In this document: positions 25,332-37,085 of the stretch, in pieces
How the letters are laid out: each line of letters opens with the position of its first letter
Position numbering within the stretch: the stretch's first letter is position 1
NCBI GenBank assembly: GCA_002633005.1
Contig: NMRA01000864.1
Coordinates: forward strand, 1 to 64,000
Reading direction: 5' to 3'
Length of the DNA stretch: 64,000 nucleotides
DNA from: Phoronis australis
Taxonomy: Eukaryota > Animalia > Phoronida
Notes under the pieces: generated by a model
The model's input: only the letters and a program-made list of their open reading frames with translations
Databases searched by the model: none
Told to the model about the DNA's origin: nothing
Made by a program: the position numbers and the translations under genes

Positions 25332-27919
25332 ATTTAGTGAGAGTGTTTGAAATAATGACTGTCTGGTATCTGCGCGGTATGCAAAGCTCACAGTTGGTGC
25401 AGATTAACTTTCCACGTTACTCTTATTTTATCCGTTACTTCCAGAATACCTTTGACACGTCACATGTCCCAATCTCATTTCCTTTAGTGTGATTTCGAAA
25501 TTACTTTAATTTTTTTTTGTGCAATATCACCTGTGAAAATTATGTTTTAGTACAAGTGTGCCTAAGACGGACTATAGATTCATACTATAACCTCGAATTT
25601 AAACGCGAGATTTCGAGTTTAGACTCAAATTTTTAAACCTCAACAATAGTTTCATGAAGTGCAAGCTTAGGTTAGACAGATGTCCACTTTGGCCATTGTG
25701 TATAATAATAGACACTCTTCTTGCCATTCCCAAAGGTGGACTAGAAAATTACAAAAGTACCGTTGCGATGGATATCATAAAATAGACTTTGGAGTCTGTT
25801 CACAACCTAGGGTGGGTATTATCACCTAAATTAAATAATAGGAAACAGTTCTTGTCAACATTGTAGTGATTCTCAATCTTACAGTCGTCATAGCGCGCTG
25901 AATTAAGTAGACGTACGTAACTTAAATGAAAGTTTAAATGTTCTAACGAACCGTTATTAATCAGACTTACATGTACATATACATGTATATGGGCAGTCTC
26001 CAGGTTTGATTTTCGATTGACGTGGTCATGAATGTTTTGTTGTTTTCAGTAAAAAAGCTTTTGTCAGCTTTTAATGTTGAAAGGATGAAGTTTGTTCTGA
26101 CTGTCTGATTCATGATAATCAGAAGGTGTTCCTAAGAGAGAGATATGTTGGGGATATACAGGGGTATTTATGATATTATGCATGGTGCAGAAGACATTAA
26201 TGATCTTCTTATGATGGGTAGTAACGCTAGAACCTCGCTAAAAGAGCAAACTTCGGGAGATTGCGTGAGATATTGCCATGTATTTAAGATTGAGAACACG
26301 TCAGTGTGGATAGATTCTAGCGAGGTTCTCAAGTACATGTAGGTAATAGGGTTGCTGTATGCGAGACTTCATGTCTTCTGCAAACCTTGATTCTCATGTA
26401 AGGTATTGTGGCAATAAATTGCGGCAAACCCCGATGTAAGTAATTTAATCTAGTATTTTTGGAATTGTTAGATCCTATGTCAAAATGCCTGTGCTCAATG
26501 CCCTTCCATTTTTAACTAAGCCGTAGAGGAACTGCCTAGAGACAAGCACAATCATTAACACATAGTACCAACAAAAGGACTGCTTTGAAGCTACGAAAAC
26601 AACTATGCAGTGTTTTGGTTGACTATTTTCCGTGATTTGGAAATATCCGGTTTAATGAAAAATTTACAAGATAACTGGTGGCGAGAAGTGTTGTCTTGTT
26701 GTGGGCTGTTTGATTTATTTCCTGGTGACAATAATGAATACTTAAATTGCAACTGTTCAACTTGTTTCGGTAAAGCTTCATGTTGACAATTGAAATAGAC
26801 TCGTGTTACCTACGGCACCTCATCGACAAGCGTTTATGCATGAAAATTGTTTAAGTCAGTGCTTGTCCACGAGTGTACGGGTGTATGGATTGCGGCTATG
26901 CTTTTACGACTGCTTACCTTTGACCATTGGAGCAATCGATGGGATTCGATATTTGTTATAATCTTCAAGACTTCTGTCTTTATCGTAACGTTCATTTAAG
27001 GAAGTTCTTGTATGCACGTATCTAAGTCTATGCTAGACATTTAATAGAAGCTTTCCGGTTAGGTACTGGAGATGGAGCATATCGTGAAATTTATTTACCA
27101 CTATTCCATCGTAGATTCGTGGATGTACGCCGAAAAAAACATCACAGGGCCTAGGTACACTACAATAAAACATCAAATTCATTAAAGAACTTTTTGTATT
27201 AGTTTTCCACTCTGAAAAACGCCAAACATTTGACTCAAGTTACAGAAAGCGACGGGGCCGAGTGCATACTTGATTAACTACTAAAGACCCTCATATACAT
27301 AAAACTGTTAACACGAACGTTTTTACTGTGATTCAAATTGTTGAACGCACCTGGCGAGCTCATTTCATTGTGATTTAATGACACTAATGTTTAAATTATT
27401 AAATAATATCCGATTTAAAATGCCTTACAGACGTTAAATTCTTTGGACAATTTAATCACCCTTGGCGTGATGCATCTCGTAGTGTTTAATCAATGCTGAT
27501 ATCAACCTAGGGATCGCTTAATTTTTACATAATAAAAAGTAACGAATTATTACTAAAATCTATTGTATTGCAGCATCGAGGCTTCCAAATCTTAATTTCT
27601 CGGTGGTTCAGTTCTTTGAAGTTGACACGTGCTATTTATTGTATTTAAAATGAATACATTTTAATGCAAACCAGTTTGGACCTACTTGATGATTATTATG
27701 ACGGTAAATACAATATTAAGCGGAAGTAATAAAGTAATTTATCATCGAGTTAAATTTCGAAATTGTCAGTCACCTGGCAAAGCATAAAAGTGTAAATTCA
27801 TGCATAGTAATTTTGAGATTTTCGCAAGGTCTTGTGTTGGTCAGATTATTTGATTTATCTCAAAGATATGCTACTGCACTCGTAAGTATTTCTGTCCGTT
27901 GAATTTTGTTTCGTTTTAG

Positions 27920-27959
27920 GAACACTTTTTCAGACTGGAATCTGCTTCACCGCCAACTG
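27920..27959 (+). pseudogene. Region B linker mini-exon (EHFFRLESASPPT)
   Basis: ttcgttttag acceptor and ACTG|gtaaga donor. Flanking 26915-28735 is homologous to 7765-9610. Confidence 0.65.
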
Positions 27960-29162
27960 GTAAGAAGGATTGAGTTTTCATAGCGTGAACCTGACTCACA
28001 TCCGTGACCTATACTTGGATTACCTTCTGTAGACTTATTTTCTCTCGAAAAAAGCAAGATATCTCAAGACTTCGCGCAATCACGCTACTGAAATGCAAAT
28101 GTTTCAGAAGTCTGGCCTACTGTAGAACTGTTCCGATCACCGAACAAACTATTTAGTTGGTGAGATTGGAATGTTAAAATATGAGATTGAATTCAGTGTT
28201 TTTGTACAATAAGCTGAGATTTTCCCCGGCAGAGCAAAGAATGTCTTGCGATTCCCGGAAATCAATCCGGTGTCGTTCTGAAGATTGCAAGCTATTATTC
28301 TGTCCTCACGGCGCACGCCGAAACATCTGAAACAATGGAATAGAAACTGTGAACTCAGTACCTTCAGGGAAGATTTCAATCTCACCAATTTGGTCAAATT
28401 CCCTATTATGTCCAAAAACAAAGTGCAATTTCTGAGCAACAAATGGATCGGCGTGTTTGGATACCCTAGCTTTCACGTGAGACTTTTCCTAAACATCAAG
28501 CAATATGCAGCCCCAGCAAAGGTTGCAAATAGGGAATTTTACCCGGATATACTAGTTAACTGCCAAGCATACACGCAAAACACTTGCACCTTTGTATCTC
28601 CTGCTTTTTCCGCTTCGCAAATTCTTGGTATGAGCTTGCTTGTTTCACCTGGGACCTCATTTCCAGAGCGCCTTCCTGGTCAGCCTGCCTGTGTTGCTCA
28701 GACAAAGACATAGTAAAACATTAAGATAATGAAACAGACGATTGCTACGGAACAACCAAAAAGGATCCTGCACAACAATTCATATCTACATGTAGCTTCC
28801 AAGTCAAGTTGTCCGGGCACTGGGTACGAGGCCGGCCGTGTTCATAAGCCTGATCTTTCCGAAAAAAGAGAATGATTAGAATTTTCTCGTTAACCAAATA
28901 GCTACTCTCACACATGCTCTTTTGCGCGCCAACTTATTGCGATAAAAAGGACAACGAGTGTCATCGTCACCTTCTCATTCCCGGATTGTTATTGAAAACG
29001 GAAATGCAGAAATACTTGGTCAATACAGTGTATGTGTATAAGTCTGAACAATGAAGTGATCGCTAATAAAAGCTACTTAGCAAGAAAACAGGAACTTAAT
29101 TGACAGTAATTTCAATTCCTCACAAGTACCAATACATGTAAATGTTATTTTTATCTCTATAG

Positions 29163-30006
29163 CAACCATCGATGGAACAGCCAGTGGAGTTATGCGGTAC
29201 AAAGGGGTTCAAATTAGAGTACCGCCTAACGTAATATTCGGGGACATAAACATTGAGTTTGTAGACCAGTCGTTGTCAGCACGAGAAGTTCATGACAAAA
29301 CTAAATGCAGAGCTATCCTACATTGTCAGGCAATATGTTTGGCTAGCGCAGATGAAGATGCAACATTCTCAGAGCCAGTCGAAATTCGAGTACCTCTTAG
29401 AACAATGTTTGAAAAGGCGAATGATCAACGACTAGACAGCGAAGACTTTCGCATATTGCACGAAAAAGATGGTGAAGTGACAGACATTACTGAAGATTGC
29501 AATGTCAGGATGGAATGGGGGGAAATAATCTTCTACTGTAAAACATGTTCAATGGTTAATATTGCTTGGCTGGCAGATATCACATCACCCATCGCAACTG
29601 GCGTTTTTACGACCATCAAACATATTCTCGAAGCATCATACCTTTGCAAGATATGTCCCTACATAAAAATAGACAAGATGGAGGGTTGATAGCTCTACTA
29701 TTTTGTCACGGCGTGGACGTGGAATATTCTGATGACATTAAACACGAGTGTACAAGTTACAAAATGCGTTTGATAAATAGTGCAACGTTGTCATTTGGAG
29801 TTGATTGCTGGTCCAATAAAGATGACAAAAAGAAACAAATTTACTCCAGAGAGTTTAAACTTGAAAAGGATCAATGTGAAAGGGCATGTACAGTTTTTTC
29901 TGTGATAAGAACTGGTGTTAGAGCACTTGTAGCTGACAAGGTTTAACTGTGTGTGAAGGAACTAATCTACAAAGAAACGCTGATGGACAGGTCTGTGAAG
30001 GTTCAT
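29163..30006 (+). pseudogene. Region B ZU5-UPA exon, disabled
   Basis: Paralogous to 6209-7071 with the same splice sites (ATIDGTASGVMRYKGVQIRVPPNVI...VKVH|gtaagt). It has a frameshift near 29665-29675 and TAA at 29944-29946 where gene A has CAA. Confidence 0.85.
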
Positions 30007-32928
30007 GTAAGTACTTATTCATCTTGATTGTCTTTGTGTGTGGGACTAGAGGTTACTTGAATTGTAATGAAGTATGAATCTAGAGTCATGGTTTTTGTTA
30101 CAATGGATGGAAGGAAGTGAATTGGACATGGCAAAAATGATCAAATAACAATTCATCTAACCGTACTCCTTGATCCAAACTCAAAGTGTTTGATCCGCTG
30201 GGACTAATATGAATGGGATATTTTTGAAGATGATTAAAAGAGAACTCGTTTTCTTAGGACATTACAATGACGTGCAAATTATGCCTTGTTGGAATGTGTT
30301 TTGAGTGGAAGAGGAATCTTTGTACTTACAATATATTTCTGTCTATGCAGGACAGACTTGTATGGCCATAAATATTTTGGGGCAGAAATAAATTCCACTG
30401 TGGGAAAGTGGTTTACATCTGTCTAAGTGGTCCAGAATTTCAAACTATCATCGCCTCCTCTTCTGCACCATGGTGATTGCCGATTCTTTAATCGCTCATA
30501 GGCGTGGGGGTTTTAGTGGTTGGGCCGAAGGGTGGGGTATAAATACTGGAAATGCAATCACCAAAAACTTGCGTGCACTTTTCATCAAATATTGCTGGGA
30601 AATTGCAACTTTAAGTCGCGTACCCGTCACCCGTGTTAGAACTCCATGATTCAGTTAAACTTGACCCTTAATGATTTTTTTTAAGAGATTCACTACTTTG
30701 GGGTGGCAAAAATGAACTGACCAAGTCACTCTGTTAAAGTAACCCAGGAAACGTTATCACGAGAGACAATTCAGTAGCAAAAACAAGATGAAAAGTAACA
30801 ATATTCAATGAAGCTCCCAACATAAAACATTTACATACAAACGAATATAAGTATTATAACTGGCTTGAATATTCTCCATGTGACACCCAAACTATCATTA
30901 CTGAGTTAGAGCTCATCTTATCAAATCACACAGCTCGTGCACCGTGCATTTATGGCCAGACCCTTCCTTTCATCAACCGACTTTGAGCACCATCTTCTTG
31001 TGGTCCCCACTTTGTCCGTTAAATGTTACAACATTCAATGTCGGCACAATCAATTTGTTGTTTTTTCTAGTTTTAATGGCATTGCTAGATACTACCTGTA
31101 GATGTATGTCAAATTCGTGTATGTAACGTCCCGTAACGTGTTTAACCAAGCCGTAGATTGGTTGCCTAGAAACGAGCACAATCGAATATCATTCACGTTG
31201 ACCAACATGTAATGTAACAAAGGAAACACATTTTAAGCTTAACTCTTTAACTCGTTTCAAAAAAATGATCTTGACATATCAGTAGATACTTGTTACCTCC
31301 TTCATAAGATTTCATGATTTGTGTTTGTTTATATTGGTGCATGTGCAAGGTTGTGCTTGTGTATCGGTGTGTACGTGTACTGTACGTGTGAACATCTCTC
31401 GTTTACGGATTGCAGCTACTGCTTTTTTCTGATCTTTGGAGTAATTGATTAGATTTGAGATTTGTTAACTTCACGACTTCTGTCTTCATCTTGACTTCCA
31501 TCTAAGGAACTGTCTAGAATGTACGGATCTTATTCTATACATGTACTAGTAATATGGACATGCATTGGAAGCTTTTGAGTGAACTACTGGAGATGGAAGG
31601 GATTATAAGTATCATAGGTCTCTATTACATTGTAGTTTCCAGGATGTACGCAGAAAAAAAATATCCTGCAGCTTAGGGTTTGTTGCATAAAGGATCAAAG
31701 TCATTCAAGTACTTAAGGCAATGGTTTTCATTCTGAAGATCGTAAAGCATTTGGCACAGGTTGCAGAAAACGAGACCAAGTGGCGTTATCCCGATCAAGT
31801 CTTGAATGTGTTCTGATGAAACCAGTCCCAGTGTACCTTGGGCTTGGTTCCGACATCACAGATATACGTACACATGTCAATAATGACGATTTTACCCCGA
31901 TGCAAATTTTTGACAGGAAATTGCGATCTCATTTTCCCTTGTAAAATACAAATAAAACTTAAAAATTCCCATTGACTCCAAAGTCGTTGGACAGTCTGTC
32001 CAGACATAGCGCGATGTATGTAGGACTGGTTAATCTACACTCATAACAACCAAGGGATCTCTTTATGCTTAGATATTTTAAAAACATAACATCACTGAAA
32101 TCTATTGCGTTGTAGCACAGAGCTCTTCAAATTCTGAGTTTCTGTTGTACACTTCTTTGAAATTAAAAAATGCTGTTTTGATATACCTAAAGTAAATGAG
32201 TTTTGAAGCATTCTTGACCTACCTCTTGTATATTATGCCGGTCAATACAGACTGGGCAAGCATAAATCCATCGATAGTAATTTTGAGATCTTCGCCAAGT
32301 TTTATGTTCTTCAGGTTAATAGATTCACCTCGAAGAGAAACCACTGTACTAATAACTATATTTATTTGCGCTAACTGCGAAGCTATACCGAAGCTAGTAC
32401 GGTGAAACAACACGTGTAGGTGATATAAAAGGTCATATATATTTTGACAAACTAAACTGCTACAGATATCGATGAACAAAGTTATATAACGTGTTGAGCT
32501 GTACAGGTGAGTGAGAATCTGTGACAATCAGCCGAACAAGGGGCACTATGGGAAGTACAATGCAGCAATGGTGGTATACACAATTGTTGAATTAGGATGA
32601 TAAGTAACCAGATGGGGAAACAAAACAACATCACCAGGTCAGCAACACGGGAAAATTAGGCGTAAACAGGGAAGTAAGGAAAATTGGTTTGAGGGAGGGA
32701 GGGAAAATTTGACTGAAAATTAGAGAGATTTATGAACGATGCTCCAGTGTTGCGACAAGACAAAATGATCACATGGTAAAATTAAACCAATAATAGTTGA
32801 TCAAAGATTGTCACTGACCCAAGAATCCAAACAATATGATAATGAAGACGAAAGAGTATAGCTTGCATACACTGTAAATAATTTAATACTTAAATAAAAT
32901 TTGTGCTTTAAATTTTGTTTCGTTTCAG

Positions 32929-32950
32929 GAAGAGTCGGCGAGCGGAACAG
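32929..32950 (+). pseudogene. Region B linker mini-exon (EESASGT)
   Basis: ttcgtttcag acceptor and ACAG|gtagga donor, phase 0-1. Flanks 31430-32350 and 32950-33640 are homologous to gene A introns. Confidence 0.6.
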
Positions 32951-34221
32951 GTAGGAAAGATTGAGTTTTCATAGCCTGAATTTGACTCAACTTCGTGGTG
33001 CATACCGGAAAAGCGCTCTGTAGCCCCATTTTCTCTAAAAACCAAGATATCTGAAGACCTCAAAATCACTGTAGTGAAACGTTTGTGTATGCTACGTAGC
33101 TTACTAACTTGACCTACAGTGGAAAAACTGGTGATCGCTGAACGAACTAAAGTGTTTGTGAGATTAGATTATACAATAAGCTGGGATTTTTCGCCTACAA
33201 AGTAAACAAATGAATTGTGTTCAACGGAATCCAACCTGTGTTTGTCCTGAAGAATGCAAACTATTACCTTACCTTCACGGCGAAAAGCAAACCGTTGGCG
33301 CTCGCAAAATGGACACGGTGAATTCAGTACCGTTCGCGTTATTCAATATTTCGACATCAACTTTCATTCACTTTGACTGCAGCTATCCATTAAGTGCACA
33401 GATTTGCAATCATGCCTGGAAATGAGGTGCTGTGTCAAAACTACGAATGGTTCGGCACGTTTGGAAACCCATGCTTTCACGTTTGCGTGATTAAAACAGA
33501 TAACGTTTCCTGAACAACAATCATTTTTGTAGCGCCATCAAAGTGTAGGAATAGGGAATTTTACCTGGATATGAAAGCATAAACTTGCACCTTTGTATCC
33601 CATGTACGTTGGAAGTTCTTGGTAAATCGTGCTTGTTTTACTTGGTTGGCTGGGATGTACTATAGAGAGGAGGGTATCGTCAAAGAGTGAGATGACGAAG
33701 AAGTATTGTACTTTTAAATGTTCTCTCTGCTAAAAAACTACTGTCGTGTTTTCGTCAGTATCTTGAAAAATCTCACAATCATGGACAGGGTTACAAGTAC
33801 AATGTACTAGAAATATTTTGTGGTAACTTTGCATTAACCAAGTATACACTACGTACAACATAGAAGTAATTGCACAACGTAAGGTCCCAGGGTAAAAGGT
33901 ACTTTTTTGGGAAGTCATCGTTTATATAAATTATAATCTGTATATTCCTTTTGAGTACCATGAGATGTACAGATATTGTTTTTCCGCAAATCTTCAAATT
34001 TCATAAACCATTTTTAGTATGGCAAAACAACACTGACACTAATTAGAGTCGAGATTACTTTATTAAAGATACTTAAAACTTCTGCCTTCAGTTTGGTCAC
34101 GTGATCGTATTTGAATGCAGAGTAGCAATAATACTGGTTCGTTGCAAAACTACTGCATGGTTTTAATGACACGGCTAATTTTTGTGTAATGTAAATGTTC
34201 AAGATGAAGACAATATTACTG

Positions 34222-34815
34222 CATAATGGTGCTGACAGTGTATCCTCTGACATGTACGTATAATGGTACTTTAGTGTATCCTCTCAATGAGGTGAGACCA
34301 AAATATAGGAATAATGGTGTTGACAGTGTATCTTCTCAATGAAGTGTTACCAACATATACGCATAATGATGCTGACAGTGTATACTCTTATTGTATTGTA
34401 ACTAATATACATGTATAATGGTGCTGACAGTGTATACTCTTATTGTATTGTAACTAACATACATGTATAATGGTGCTAACAGTGTATACTCTTATTGTAT
34501 TGTAACTAACATATACGCATAATGGTGCTAACAGTGTATACTCTGATTGTATTGTAACTAACATACATGTATAATGGTGCTAACAGTGTATACTCTTATT
34601 GTATTGTAACTAACATACATGTATAATGGTGCTAACAGTGTATACTCTTATTGTATTGTAACTAACATACATGTATAATGGTGCAAACAGTGTATACTCT
34701 TATTGTATTGTAACTAACATACATGTATAATGGTGCTAACAGTGTATACTCTGATTGTATTGTAACGAACATGCATGTATAATGGTGTTGACAGTGTATC
34801 CTCTCAATGAAGTGT
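34222..34815. repeat. Minisatellite, 52-bp unit AATGGTGCTAACAGTGTATACTCTTATTGTATTGTAACTAACATACATGTAT
   Basis: About 8 near-perfect central copies with degenerate copies at both edges. Confidence 0.95.
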
Positions 34816-36844
34816 ATGAATATACACGCGTAACAGTGCTTACAAAGTATCTTTTCAAAGAACCATAACCAACATTCTCATACAATAGAATGTACTTTGG
34901 AGACATACACGTTGATTTGCCTAGTCATACACAGCGTACTTCGTTACCCTGCACGGACTACAAAAATATATCTGAACTTAGTATTTCAAACATTTATTTC
35001 CATGATTTTAAGAAAGATGACAAGCTAAATCACTACTTCATTCATCAACAACAGTGTTGATTCGGCATTTTGAAAAGCGATCTTGTCAGAAAAAAAATCT
35101 CTTAACAGGATATGCTTGTAAAGACATACCCTTAATACACTGGGTTTTCCTGTTTACATGAAACTCAAACCCTACAGAAAACATTTGAAATAGATAAAAG
35201 GATATTGTATTTCATCTTATGCAAAGGTAATGCAAAACCAAATGTAGATTGACAACTTGAAAGATAATTCCTTTACAAGTTGTCCCTGAGGTAAACTTGT
35301 GTTAGAAGTGTTTTTTCCGCTGGTACAACAAAATAACGAAAGCGGTAAGTTTCTGTACATGTAACTCTTCTACCAACATTCTTGAATTACATGCATGAAA
35401 TTCGTTCGAATTCGACTTTGTGAACAATAATTAAAGCAAGAAACGTGAAACCATGCTCTCTTAAAGTGATGAATAACCCTGACCACTAATCATCGGAACA
35501 GACCAAATTTGTTTTGTAAACTGTCGCACAAGAGAATTTTGTAGCATCCATGCACGTGTTTCCGTTTAACATTGTGTTTTTTGTTACAGTCACTGCATCA
35601 ATTGGTTTCAAATCCTTCTGTAAAAACGCATTAATTGCCAACTGAAATTCTTTATTCCGAAGATTTTATTTTCAGAGTTACTTTTTCTGCATGAGGTAGT
35701 CGCGACACATTCAATGTTGTGTTCTTATATGTACCTCGAAGACTGTAATTTTGCAATTAAGTGGTTACGATTTCTACAAACTCCGCAAGTTATATCAAAA
35801 TCTGAATAACTATGCATGACTCTTGACACTAAAACCGATCCCAAATTTGCACGTTTATGTATCGGTGACATTAAAATCTACGCTCACAATCAACCGGTTG
35901 TTGATGTTGGCCCCAGGATACTTTCTATCCTTGATACCTTTACAAGTTAAACAAAGGAAACAAGTCCCAACGGAAATATGCGAGCACGTAATAAAGTAAT
36001 CAAAAGCGATAACTGCATGTATTTGCAATTACAAGCTACTCCTTTAACATTTTCCACCTTGGAAACAACTGCAGTCGCAACACGTACAGCGTTTTTTTTG
36101 ATTTTACATACAATTCGATTGTAATATTAATCATATCTTAATTGTTATGTGTAAAAACGCCTCATAACCAGCGCTAAAATTTATAATTCAGCGAGACCAT
36201 GTGATTTTCCGTCGATGATTTCGCATGAACACTCACTTTGCTGTCATTACCTCCAATTCCGTTCAGGTCATACAGTTTTACAGTGATTAAAGAGTTTCTT
36301 GCGTTACGTTCCATTCTCCTGTAGTGTGAAAACCAAAAACATTTCCAGCATCACGATCTAAGCTAGAATCTTGTCAAGCAAGCATTTTTGTGTTGTTACA
36401 CACTACTGTAGTTATGTTGGTCAAAGCTTAGTCACACAAACGAATTAAAGGTGACATAATTTGCTTCCCGAATTTTTTAAAGTAATTTCAAATAGTATTT
36501 TTAAATATCGGTTCTCGCCAGGAGCACGGTTACAACACCAGGCTGGATTACATGAGCTAACCAGATGAAAGCAGACAATAAGAGAGCTAAACTATGTAAG
36601 CATCGGTTTGTCCTTGCAAAGCAGATGACACGAAAGGTCAGTCAGTCAGTCGGGATACTCATTCCGCAGCGCGGGTGCGTAATGTACATGTAAACCTTTA
36701 TAAACCGGCATAAGGGTCAGCGTGGGCGAACAACAAATTATTAATTGTTTGTTTGGGCAAAGTTCTTCTTTTATGTCATAACTTGATAACTGCCTACTGA
36801 GGATACGTATACTCCACATCGGTCGTCTAAACTAGGCGATCAGT

Positions 36845-37085
36845 GTGGCGACCCAATAGCCGACCAAAGAGGAAACTCAGCTGTCGATTTCTCGTAGGCC
36901 GTGATTGGCGGCTTGACGACCGGTCTGACGAAAGTTTGTGACGTAAGTTCCTGGACAAAACTGCTATTTTGGAGCTCGACTGTTATCGACATCATGAGAG
37001 AAAGAGCTTCATCGGGAAAGCAAGCAGCAAGAGTTCTTAAACAACATACGGCACCGCAAGTCGGCGAAAATGAGCACGGTAGGCT
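36845..37085 (+). promoter_or_regulatory. Possible promoter and first exon of an unidentified transcript
   Basis: CpG-rich patch with CCAAT (near 36853), ATTGG (near 36904) and TGACGTAA (near 36938), ending aaaATGAGCACG|gtaggc. No downstream exon chain was established. Confidence 0.3.

Noticed and set aside
34222-34815. Regular repeats as a CRISPR array (also 15616-15760 and 61320-61852)
   Set aside because: Units are contiguous with no unique spacers, there are no cas genes, and the context is eukaryotic. These are minisatellites.
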